From Vezdaea acicularis (taxonomy: Eukaryota), in NCBI GenBank assembly GCA_026025075.1, contig JAPEUI010000049.1, forward strand, positions 1 to 64,000: DNA of 64,000 nt, given 5' to 3'. How positions within the stretch are numbered: the stretch's first letter is position 1; the number at the start of each line of letters is the position of its first letter. The position numbers were made by a program, and so were the translations under genes. Positions 45,801-58,100 of the stretch are shown in pieces. The notes beneath the pieces were generated by a model. That model did no database searches. It worked only from the letters and a program-made list of their open reading frames with translations, and was not told where the DNA came from.

Positions 45801-47844
45801 TACTAAGCGGTATCTCATCAATCTTAAATGCAGTAAGTATGATACATCAGGCTCGACTGGCATCCATGAGTACAAGATGACTCGTTTTGCCTTCAACCTC
45901 ATTCAATCTTTGTTCCACAAAAATGAAACTATATGCACGAAAGCGAACATTGAAGGTATCCTACCGTTGATTGGCGACGCCCTCTTGCAGAATCAAGGGG
46001 AGGTTCAGGTGTCTGCCTTAAGGCTTCTCTCTACAATTGTCAAGATCCCAATGGAAGAAACCGATAGAGACTCTGGCATCTACATTGCGCAAGCGGTCAG
46101 GTTTATCAAGAGCGCTTCATCTACAAACACTGAGCTCGCCCAGGCATCCTTGAAACTTATCTCAGCGGTTCTACGAGATCGACCTAACGTAGAAGTCAAA
46201 GAGACGTGGATTACAGACCTATTGAAGCTTCTAAAGCCCGAACTTGTCGAAACGGATCGTCAGGGTGTCATTTTCCATTTCTTGAGATCGGTGATGGATC
46301 GAAAGATTGTTGTGCCAGAGGTTTATGAGATAGCTGACTTTGTAGCACATATTATGGTTACGAACCAGACGAAGCATGCTCGAGACCTTGCAAGAGGGAC
46401 TTATTTTCAATTTCTCATGGAATATCCCCAAGGGAAAGACCGTTTCACAAATCAGTTGAATTTCCTTGTCAAGAACCTAGATTACCCTCATGAGGAAGGT
46501 CGCAGATCCGTATTGGAAGTCGTCCACTTACTGGCGGTTAAGACTGGGGAATCATTTGCACAAGGAATTGCTCGAGCTATGTTTGTGCCACTCGTAATGG
46601 TTGTCATCAATGATGAGGACAATATCTGTCGAGAAATGGCAGGAGCAATCTTGAAAGAGCTCTTTGAACGAAGCAATGACGATCAGTTACAACTCTTTTT
46701 GGGTTTGATGCGTACTTGGCTCAAGCAGGGCATGCAGCCACTTTTGAATAGAGCTTCGCTCCAATGCTACGAGGTTTACCTAGATCTAGGAGAAATCAAA
46801 TCCAAGAAAGAAGTGTCAGTGCTGCGTAGCGAGCTCCCGCGCTTGCTGCGCTCGAGTGAGGATAGCAGGAATTTGGAGGACTGGGAGCTCAAGTATGCAG
46901 CACTCAAGACGTTTGCCAAGCTAGTTCAGATCTCTCCAGAAACCTCCTTTCGAAAAGACTCGGAAGATTTGTGGTCGGAGGTGAAGCATTCTCTGAACTT
47001 CCCACATACTTGGGTTAAAAACTCGGCTATGAAGCTGATCAGCGCCTACTTTGAGCACTTCACCCGTGCTAGCACTGAAGACGACTTGGCAAGGGTACCA
47101 CTTATAGGGCCCTTTGGTCTTCGTCTCGATGCTCAAGGCATGCGTGCTCTCGCTAAGGGAGCTCTCAATGCATTGAATGTTCCCGGGATTCGTGAGGAGC
47201 TCGCAACTCAAGCCTCGAGGAACCTCGTCTTCTTAGGTCGATGCTTTGGTTCAAACCAGATTACGTGGTGTACAATAGTTGGCGGGGATGAGGCCAATTC
47301 CGAAGATGAGATCGATAATGTTGAATGGGAAATGGGATCGAAGAGTGCGCTTCAATACCTTTTTGAACGCGTTTCGGCAATCATTCGCCGCGAGTCAATC
47401 TCAACGAAAGCTCCTGCACTATACTCAAAGACTGCAGCCCTTCAATTACTCAGTACTCTTTGTATCCACCTCTCTTCGACGTTGCTCGTACAGTATCTTC
47501 CGGTCATCCTTTTACCCCTATCTCACCTCACGGATCCCTCGATACCTGCTCCATATTCTACGGACCCAGAATTTGTTGCAGCGCACAAAATGCTGGTCTC
47601 ATCTAGCCAGGAGCTCATAATCCTACTCCAGAAGAGAGTTGGTACTATGGAATTCACTAGCCATTTCTCTAAAGTGCGGGAAGCGGTGAAGGAGAGACGT
47701 GAAGAGCGGAGAGCCAAGAGAAGAATTGAGATTTTGACACAGCCAGAGAAGACTGGTCGAGAGAAGAGAAAGAAGGGCGAGAAAAAGAGGGAAAAGAGGA
47801 AGGAAAGAAGTTCCGAATATCGTGCTGCAAGGCGCGGCCAGTAA
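39879..47844 (+). CDS. UTP20: U3 snoRNP / SSU processome HEAT-repeat protein; introns 41219-41265 and 41779-41825, 2623 aa
   Basis: HRFEPFSKRIARISIDP, SLEPLLSLLGHLAHDLG, LLDDARFRDE, LDEPDFERRL, LRSKAQEARD, RGFQLHVLSFTVHS and FLVKNLDYPHEEGR. Both introns restore the frame. Confidence 0.97.
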
Positions 47845-48243
47845 GCCCTTTGAGGGTACGGGAAACCCAGTATTTCACAATGATTACAAAATTTGTATCA
47901 TATGTAAAAGATGTCATGCCAACACAATTCCAAGTAAATATAGTAACTAGTAATATTGAATGTATGTCCAATTATCATGCCACGAGTCTGCGTTGAGCAG
48001 TGCTTATCAGTCTACCATGATAGAGTGAGAAAGTTAAGCCTATAAAAGGGGTGTGCTAGCCAAGTCATTGTTGATAATAGATAGATCTTCCCCAATTTAG
48101 ATTCAACCGTTCATGTCGCGCCCCGAAGTTCAGTATTTTGGAAGCTATATGTTAGATATTATATCGAACTTAAAATCTATGCAACCTCCCAATGCCATCC
48201 ATACTCCATAGCTCGGCCCAAATTGCTAAACACACAAGCATAT

Positions 48244-48894
48244 TTATTCCCTTGACGGTCCAGTTCTTTCCGTGACTGATCCGTCGTCCCAAAATTCCAT
48301 ATCGCCACCTTCTCCCAGGGTTCCCTTTTTGACCAGCTCGCCCTTCCTTCGCATTATCTCCTCTATGTCTGTTTTGGTATCTGAAAATATCTATGTGATA
48401 TCAGTACAGCATTTTTACCAATTCATTACCTTTGTAAAGCGGCGCTGATGGAAGCTGTAGAGTATGATAAAGAATACACTCACATGAAGATGATCGGCTA
48501 TGACATGGCGGTTCTTACATAAAGGGCAAGTAATGAGCACGGACCCTTTATGATATGCCTGCTTTGAGATGCCGTGTGTAGACCGCTCCTTGCAAAGTTT
48601 GCAAGTGAAAGTGATTTCGTACGATGGCTGAGGCGCACTTGTGGTTCTACCTGAATTTGAGGATGCAGACGGCGTAGCGCTAGATGGCAAAGTAGAGGCA
48701 GCTGAAGAGTTGAAGCGTTTGGAAGATATTCTACGCTGAAGGAGACGTGGCGACGAGCCTACAGGGGCGTAGGAAGGTCGGATGAGTTGAGGAGTGTATA
48801 GTCGCCGTGCGTGCACTCCTGAGGAAGGGTTCAGCCTCCATATAGGCCCAGCTCGCGATGAGAAGGGCCGGAGTAGATTACAGAACAGTTTCAT
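48244..48894 (-). CDS. ZIM17: Mitochondrial DNL-type zinc finger Hsp70 escort protein; intron 48391-48483
   Basis: Arg/Ser-rich presequence, then [49 protein letters not shown]...DMEFWDDG. Confidence 0.95.
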
Positions 48895-49498
48895 GGCTGA
48901 TCTGAGGTGGGAGCAAAGATGCGATGGAAACTAGATGAGCACAATGAGGGCCTTGGTCGAAAGCAGCTTCCAATGTAGTTATATGCCTTCTCGGGTTATG
49001 GGACGATATCCCCTTTACATATCTCCATGTGTATGAGAAGACTGATGCAGGGTCTTTGTCTAGCTTATGCCGTTGCTTGCGAGACAATGTCGCGCTGTCT
49101 TCATTCCATTAGTCCAAGGGAATACCATCAAGAAAGTTTCGTCCGCTTGGGGCGAGCCACTCCGCATAAATGTTATTCCGACCTAAGTAACACCCGCGGG
49201 AAACGAGGCGTCAACTTGGAGTCGCCCGCCTTACAGTAGCACCCCATTCGAGGCCCAACACGGCTTGTGAACATGACTTATAGTGTTCTCATAATCGGAA
49301 ATACATGAAGCGGCAGCCCCCTAGATTCTCTTAGACTCTACCGTTGCTACTTACTAGAGCCATCCTCGCCTTTGCCCTCTTGCCGATTTCATTCCGTTCG
49401 GAACATCTCTTGCCGCCGGTGCGTTGAAGCACCTACACTCGCGGTCTAAATCTCAGTGAAATATCAAAGCCGTCTTGGACGGCGGCACAGTTGGCTAG

Positions 49499-52469
49499 AT
49501 GGTTCCGAGCGCCCGACCTAGAAATAAGATCAGGCCTCCCAGAAGGGTGAGTGCCTTTCGATAGTCCTCGAAGTCAAGGATACCTTGTGAGAGCGGCAAG
49601 AAGCTCCTCGGCCACGAGATTTGTATGAAGCTCAGCCCAACAGCACTCACCTTATGCATTTCATGACACAATTCTTCTACATCTTGAATTTCGCCGCAAT
49701 ATAAGCCTTATCCTGCCTCCACCTTAGAGACCGTTCTTGGCTCTCCTTCCTTTACTTTTTGAGTTCACCTCTCATGAGCCTTTTTCAAGCGCTAATTGCG
49801 AACCAAACATGCAGACGATCAACCCCGACAACGACCAAATTGAGTTCGAGCCTCTGTGGAATATACTAAAAGCTTCCCTGCATGGTATAAACTCAAAAAA
49901 TGCCTCGAAGCTATCATATGAAGAGCTCTATCGGACCGCCTATAAATTAGTCCTTAAGAAGGAGGCTCCAGTGCTATACGAGAAAGTTATAGACTTCGAG
50001 AGAGACTGGCTTTTGACTGAAGTCCAGTCGCGAATCCACTGCTTGCTAGCCGACAATAGTTTCATATTAAATGCTAGCGATGCAAGTCCAAATGAGCGGA
50101 GAGTTGCGGGGGAAGCGCTTCTCAGGGGGCTGAAGGAGGCATGGGATAATCACCTCCTTTGCATGAACATGACCACGGATGTTCTTATGTATCTCGTAAG
50201 CCAACCATAGATGAACTCAGCCGTGCCTTGTCTCCATTTCACGCCACTTACGGCGCAGGTCTAATCTTCACCATTAAACACTCCGTTGTTTATTTCGACC
50301 ACGCTCAGAAATATGCTTACCTTCTGTAAATAGGATCGGGTGTATCTAACAGACATACATAAGCCGTCAATATTCACGGCCACATTGAAATTGTTTCGGG
50401 ATATCATACTGCGATCGCCTCTTTCTACCGAAGAGATTAATAACATAACGGTGGAGGATATTATGCATTCGATCATCCTGGATCAGGTTCGATTAGAGAG
50501 AGAAGGAGATATAATAGATCGGCACCTTGTCCGCTCTTGTGTCTACATTATGGAGGGTCTGTACGAGACTGACTTGGAAAACGAGAAGGATAAGATCTAT
50601 CTATGCTCATTCGAGCCCAAATACCTACAGGCTAGCAAAGAGTTCTACAGGAATGAGGGGCAGAAGCTATTAGGATATGCAGATGCCAGCACTTACCTCA
50701 GACATGCTCGCAAGAGGCTGGACGAAGAGCACAACCGATGTATATCGACGCTATCTGAGCTCACTAGCAAGAAGATTTCAAAAGTTGTGGAGGATGCGAT
50801 TATCGTAGGCCGTGTCGCAGAAGTCATGGATATTGAAGGTACGGGCTTTAAGCACATGATCAACAACGACCGTTATGAAGACTTAGGTCTTCTATATTAC
50901 CTCATTTCACGAGTCGATCCTGCGAAGACAGATCTTGTCAAGGGCCTGAAGAATGTAGTAGCTGCGCTAGGTGGGGATGTGAACGCATCGGCTCTCGCAG
51001 CTATGACAGCACCATCGCAGGAAAAAAATCCTTCTGGCGAGAAGACAGGCAACCTCCCGACGCAGAGTCTAGCAGCAATGCCTGCATTTACCTGGGTTGA
51101 AGGTGTTATAAGGCTCAAGTACAAATTTGACGTAATCTTGGTGAACTCGTTCGGCCACGACCGGTTCCTCGAATCGGCTCTATCAACAAGTTTTTCCGCA
51201 TTCATCAACATGTTCCCTCGAAGTGCCGAATTCATCTCGTTGTTCATCGACGAAAATATCAAGAAGGGTGCGAAAGGGAAGACGGAGGCTGAAGTCGATG
51301 CGGAGCTCGATAAGGCCATTGTGCTCCTCAACTACATCTCCGACAAGGATCTATTTGAAACTCACTATAAAAAGCATCTTTCACGAAGATTAATCAATGG
51401 TAGATCTGTCAGCGAAGATGTTGAGAAGCAAATGATCCAGAAGATGAAATCGGCTATTGGCCACCACTACACTCAGAAGTTTGAAGGCATGTTTAAAGAC
51501 ATTGCAGTGTCGAAAGAGCTCACAGGTCTTTTCAAGAATCACGTCTCAAATATCAAGGAGGCTGGAAAGGATAAAACGCCGGCTCTAGATGTGAAAGTCC
51601 TCTCTACTGGTATGTGGCCTCTGAACGCCGGATCTATATTCGGCAACGATGAAGTGCCTATTTCGACCGTCTTTCCACCCGAGGTTGAAGCAGCCAAGAA
51701 GAGTTTCGAAAAATTCTACTTGGCAAGGCACAATGGGCGCAAGCTGGCATGGCAAGCTAGCAAAGGAACTGCTGATGTCCGAATCACTTTTCCAAAAGTT
51801 GCAGGAGAGACGGAGGGAAAGTTGAGCAAGGAACGAAGACATGATTTCAATATGCCAACGTACAGTATGCAGATTCTTTCTCTTTTTGAGGATCTGCCCA
51901 TCGGAGAATCAATCTCTTTTGAGGAAATACAAGCCAGGACTTTCATACCCGCTGAGGATTTGATTCTAAATCTCCAGTCCATCTCATTGGTGCCCAAGAC
52001 TCAGATCTTAAAGAAGCATCCCATGGTCAAGAATGATAAGAGCATCAAGCCGACTGATAGGTTTTCTTTCAACGAGAGGTTTAAGAGTGAATTTCTGAGA
52101 CTCAAAGTCGGTGTCATCGCTAGGCGTATTGAAGGTACCAAGGAAAAGGTGGAGACGGATCAGCGCCTGGGCTTAGAGCGTGGCGGCGAAATCGATGCCG
52201 CAGTTGTTCGGATTCTAAAGTATGCCTGCGTTAATCTCTTCTTCAAGACTACACGAACTGTGATAGGTATATACTAACTAATTTACCTATCTAGGCAACG
52301 CAAAACTATCACGCATACTAATCTAATGCAAGAGGTTTTCTTGCAACTCACATCTCGATTTCATCCCGATGCTGCGATGGTCAAAAAGCGTATCGAGAGC
52401 CTCATCGACAAAGAGTATCTAGCGCGGAAGGAAGACGCTGATACTCCCTCGTACGTTTATCTTGCTTAA
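49499..52469 (+). CDS. CUL3: Cullin-3; introns 49547-49814, 50196-50333 and 52220-52294
   Basis: KIRPPRR, NASKLSYEELYRTAYKLVLKK, DVLMYLDRVY, RSAEFISLFIDENIKKG, DKDLFETHYKKHLSRRL, neddylation site IDAAVVRILK and KKRIESLIDKEYL. Confidence 0.95.
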
Positions 52470-53528
52470 AAATGACAATCGGTTTCACGCAGCAGTCCCG
52501 AACGGGCCGCACACCCCATTCTTTTCATTCAACTTTTGATCGGGGAGCAATTGTCTTTAAATACAATACGTTTTGAGCGCTGGCATTATATACTTGGTTC
52601 CATGCTGGGCGAAACGGGTATGAAGGATCCTGCCAATGGAGCGATTGCATAGCGGGATGGGTTTTATGAGGGCATGACTGATGTTCCCATGGCGCATGCA
52701 TATCGTGATAGGACCCTAGATGGGTCTTGTAGAAATCATAGCTTAAACATAGTGCCTACAAATTTGGAGGTCTGATCATCAGCAAAACTCCCCTTATATT
52801 GTTGTGGCTGTAGTATTCCGTGACTGCTATACAGCGACTTCACGATCTGGTGTGCCTTCTTGTTCAAGCTTGTTACTCCAGTGCGCTACCAAAATTGATG
52901 AGGGAGACGCCCACCTAAGGGCAGACACTTGCAGGACGCTATCTCGCCTCGCAAGCTTGAATGATCCAAAGCTGACCTGATCCGTATTTGCACGTTGCTC
53001 AGGTCCTTCTACCATCCTATTGCCCGCAGTAACATTTGGGTTATGATTCTAGCGCACAAGCTGAAGTGGTGTTCACCGTAGTATTCATGCAGTCACCCCT
53101 TATGCCCAACCTACTCTAAGACCTTTCCCTACCGTCAAAAGCACGGTCCTAAGCGAGAAAGGGGTGTCGTAAAGGGGTAATTTGTGACATGATCGCACCT
53201 CAATCCGTCGTCTATTGGCAACACTCGGTTGGGGCAGCGGCTCTAGGAGAGGATTGACGCTTGTATTGGCTTGACTAAATTAAGTGCCAAGCTATGTAAG
53301 GGTTTTTCGTGCTTGTCCTGCGGCTACACCCAGTTGGCTTAATCAGCCGGCTTGGGCCTGCCATAACAACCCTAGCAACAGTTGTCCCTGTATCTTGTAT
53401 GCATAATTTCATCGTGCTCTAAGTCTCAAAGTCTCCCCCAACGTTAGGGCGTTCGGCACATCTACCCAAATTTTGCCTTGTTTCCAATCAAACAAACACG
53501 AGCCGCTCATTACATCTTCTGGAACAAG

Positions 53529-54743
53529 ATGACATCCACCTCTCTTAGCTCATCCCCAAGCTCCTCGTCCAGGCCACCCAAGGAACTCCCCAACTCGGGC
53601 GTCTGTAACAAGAATCTTAGTTACAGTGTCGCTGGCTTCCTGGCTTATCCGACATTGACAGTATTGAAGCTGGAACCTACATAGCCTTTCTCGACTGTTC
53701 AGTACTCCTGTGAACAGAACATACCGTGGGTGGCCACTAGCAACGTCCCCAATGGCAACCCTAGTCTCGACGAAGTTTCTAGCCTCAAAGGCCTCATTCG
53801 TTCCATTGAAGATACTGAGGCTGTTCGACGTCGTTTACCGAGAATGTATGCCATGGAACTCGGGTCCGAACCTGATGCCAATATTCAGACATTCCATTTC
53901 ATGGGTCTTCCTATGGAAATCCGACAGAAGATATACAAGCTCGTATTTGGTAGCGGAAAGACCATTCACCTACATGCAGTCGAACGAAGAGTGTCCCCAG
54001 GGGTCCAGAGTCTTGTTGCGCGCCACACAGTCTGCCGGATTCCTGGCTGGGCTGGACGCGGTTGGGCTTGTTGTGGTTTGCCAGAATTCTTAGCTGTTGA
54101 AACATGGCCTTGTTACAAACAATACGGCTTAAAGATGACCAAATGCGGCCGCCCGATGCGAGTGGGGACTCTCAAACTTGACCGATTCCCTATTGATATT
54201 CTTCATACATGCCGGCAAATCTATCTTAAGAGTGTGGAGATTTTGTATGCGAAATAAGTATTTCACTGCCACGATGTCGAGGCTTTCCATTACTTTCTAG
54301 ATGGCCTAGCACCGCAGACTGCCCTGATGATCCGAGAATTGAACATGAGGGTAGAAAGACTCCGACAGAAATTCCCTTGAGTCGAAGGGAAATAGGTGAC
54401 TACTCGATACAATTGGACGGGACTTGGGTGTGGACAACTCGCCATTAACATGCTGGGCCGAAGACTACTCTTGAGTGGGAAAGGTTTTGGGGTGCCGTAA
54501 AAAAGCGAATGCAGGTTCGAAGGATTGACCTCCGCTTCATTCGTTGGTGGGGAGCGAACGACCTCAGTTTTGATGCCCCTTGGTTACAACCGATTCTTGC
54601 ACTAAGCCGACCAGTTGGACCTCCATATCGGTAGTCACGGAAAAGGTGGCCCACAACTAGGAGTACAAGACCTTATTGAGGGAGTTAAAGCCCAAAGGAC
54701 CTTTGAACGGGGTGTTGCGGCACACATGAGAGCAGAAGACTGA
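53529..54743 (+). pseudogene. Decayed gene of the fungal 'LPxEIRxxIY...LxTCRQIY' (2EXR/F-box-like) hypothetical family
   Basis: FMGLPMEIRQKIYKLVF...ILHTCRQIYLKSVEILYAK* continues past TAA (54255-54257) as VFHCHDVEAFHYFLDGLAPQTALMIREL, with further stops and two apparent frameshifts (WERFWGAVKKRM...DAPWLQPILAL; QLDLHI...FERGVAAHMRAED*). A putative first exon is 53529-53600. Confidence 0.7.
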
Positions 54744-55113
54744 ATGTTAGTGGACCACAGTGCTGTAAAGGCATAGAAATTCGGGTTCACAACCTGAAAT
54801 ACTTCATGATACTCATCCAGAAATGTCTCAAACACGAAGAGACGAAATAACAACAAGATTTTCGATTTTCAGCGAAAATCCACGAAAATGAATATTGTTA
54901 CTTGAAGTTTCCTTCAATGTTTACGAAATAAATGCAGAAAAGCTCCCAATATCCAATGGAGGGGTTCAAGAACCAGCATTCAAACAGGACAATTTGAACT
55001 ACGTTTGGAGCCTTGTGTGTTACGTCGCCAGTCCTGAAGCTCTACGTAGACTCCTCAAGAGTTAAAGTAGCTTGGTCATGTATTCCGTAGCGCCATGATC
55101 CTATGATACCATA

Positions 55114-58100
55114 TCATGCAATGATCATCTACAAGATAGTTAGCATTGAGTATTCCTGCCCTTTATATTGAGTCAGCGATGAACCTATACCTCGATCAAC
55201 CTATCCAGTGTCTCCCCACACCTGTTCATATCCATCTGCGCCTCGAATGTTGAGCTCCTCCATAGTCCTCCAAATCCCATCTCCTCCAAAACATCATCGA
55301 GATCATGCACGGACTTTGATGATACCGCATACAAAGGGTTTGCTGCAAGCGAACGGGTCAGTTTGTGGGCCGCCTTTAGCGTGTTGGAGCTTTGTGTGTT
55401 CCTCAGGACGTCGTCGAGCATTGAGCTAACGAGATCGTAGAGATGGACCATCACACGTGGACGGGTAAGAGCAATGCGTTCAAGGAAATAAAGCGTCCGC
55501 TGCTGGACCTCGTGATCGCAGAGCTTGAAATCGACGATGCTCAAAGCAGCATTGAGAAGAATCTCGCGGTCACGCAAATTGTCTATGTCAATCATTTCAA
55601 AGACGTCAGCGAACGTCGTCTCGCCCGCAGGTGGTGTAACCCCAGCGAGCCACAAAATCTCTCGGCTCTCTTCCGCTGAAGTGGCACGAGCAACTACAAC
55701 GCTGAGATAAGGGAGGAGTGAGAGATCTTTCGGGAACCGCGCACCCTCGACTGCGGTCGTGCTGCCTATCTCGAGAAAGCTTGATAGGACACGGAGAGCG
55801 GTACTCATAGTTACAGCATCTGTAAGACCCTTGATTATACAAGCGCTCGATGCTATGTGGAATGTCTCCTGCGTAAAAGTGATGCCACATAGTTCATCGA
55901 TCTCGATCAGGGCATCCTCGATTGGAAAGCGCCCTTGCCACAAGACCGAGACCATGCGTCGAGATTTGATCATTGACGAGGTGGAAATGGCTAGCAGAGA
56001 AGCTTCAAGCAGAGATGCGCTAGCGCGGTATAGGACTGGCGGACAAAGGCGCATTATCGACATAGCAAGCCAGAAAAGCTGGAGCAGGTACCGCGAGGTC
56101 GGCGCAAGGTTCCCAGATATCTTTCCGAGTGTTCCCACAATCGCGAGGAGCATGTCCGGTTCCTTTTCTTTGACTAGCCGACTCACGCAGCCGCGTAAGG
56201 CTACAAGAATCTGATACAAAAGGTCATCGTCGACTTCGTCCTTGATGAGGAATCCCATAACCACGAAAGCTCTTGTCTGCATTGCTGGGTTGCTTTGAAA
56301 AGCAGTACTAGCGACCAGACTCATCCATCGTGAGCGCCATGCATTAGCTATCTCTGTTGTTGGCGCACCATTCGTCATTATCTCCAGCAGTGTGGCTACA
56401 GTATGCTCTAGCAACGTCAATGACTGGGATTCGGTACTCTGTAGACCTGCTTCTCGGGAAGAGAGAGGGGCCATAGATTTTGCATCTCCTAGACGAGCCA
56501 GTATTGACTTGACCTTCGCTAAACTACCTTCTTCGAGAGGGAGAGTTGTGCAAATTGCGTGGGTAATGTTAGTTGTTAGAGCCACAAGCGTAGCACGAGT
56601 TGCCAGAGTACCACTTTGAGACATCAAAGTGATACAATGAAACAACTCGGGGAGGAAGAGCTGGACCTGAACTCTGCTGTCAAAAGACATGGCAACGCAT
56701 AGATTAAGAAGTACCGAGACTTCCGTCCAGACAGCGTTATCAACAAGATGCTTCGTTGGCCTCAGCGATGACTTATTGAGTGCCTTCCGAAGCCTCGAGA
56801 CGATTTTGCCACGGGCAAGAATACTGTCTAAAGAGCCTACAACAGCGTATACGACTCCGGCCTTTTCGGAGTCAGGTCCAGCAACTTGAGCAAGCCTTAT
56901 AAGATACTCAAGTAACACCTCGATCATGACATCGCTATTCGCGATAGTAGGCCACACCTCCTCTTGGAACCAGGTTCGAACGTTAGGTTCAAGTAGCGTG
57001 AGGTCGGCCAATTTTTTCGCTATCATGGCCACTTTTTGCATGCCACGGTCACTATCTTTCTCATTGCTGAGCACATAGGTCCACATGTTAGGCAGCCACG
57101 GCACCATGAACATGATATTGAGCAAGCGTTGGTTGGCTGGACACTTTTGCCAACCAGCGAAAAATTCGAGTAGGAAATCGTAGGTTAGTTGTGGCTCAGC
57201 AATAGCCAGCCGTTTACTTATACTGACTATCAGTGGCGCCGAATCAACTGGTATTGCAAGGTCTACATGATTAGCATCATTAGACTTTACGTCAGAAAAT
57301 AAACTTACCTTTATTGCTTATGAAGCTCTTGTCAACGCTGAATCTAAAAGCTCTGCACAGACCACAAAGCAGATTGTAGGACGCAACACGTAAATGCTGC
57401 TCCGAATGCGCCATGTTCCGCAACGAGATATTTAGCAATGTCCCTGGAATATCCTCTGGACGTACAAGACGTTCGGTCAATCTTGCTGGCTTCGCTTCAG
57501 TGCTGTGCTTCAGCTTTGCGGATCTAATAGCCTGCAACACCTCTTGCTTCCTCGGACTTGAGAAATACATAACGACTTTTCCGTTCTCCGTCCGGAAACC
57601 GTAAGCATGTTCATCATCGAATTGAGAAGATGAGTTTGCCTCCTCAATGTCTGATAGACGAAATATGTCGTTGACAGTCGCGCTAAGGCGATGTCCCGCA
57701 ACAATCTCTTGCTTTTGGCTTGTCGTGATTTGTATGAACTGGCTTCCAATCTTGGTAATAACATCTACTTTGCCCTTTGTCTTCGAAAGTCTCGTCACAG
57801 GTTGAAACACATATCTAGAGTCCGTAACAACGGAAACTTGACATTTCATTAGTCTACGAACTAATCCTAATCATTTGACTTACTGGTATCTTTTGGCAGA
57901 TGCAAGGAGCCAAGGTGAAAATGAATCTGAAGGTCCTGGAGGCTTCCGATCAGATAGTAGCTGATGTTCTTCGGATGGAACGAGCTTCTTTCGTTTCTTG
58001 CCGCGAGTCGAATCACTCTACGAAAGCACTTTCGAAAGGTACTGTTCATGTTGTATATGTAGACCCTTGTAAGCCTTTTTGACATCTCGGACGGAGTGAG

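Noticed and set aside
49547..49814. Long CUL3 intron 1 as a snoRNA host
   Set aside because: No convincing box C/D pair with a terminal stem, and no H/ACA layout seen by eye.
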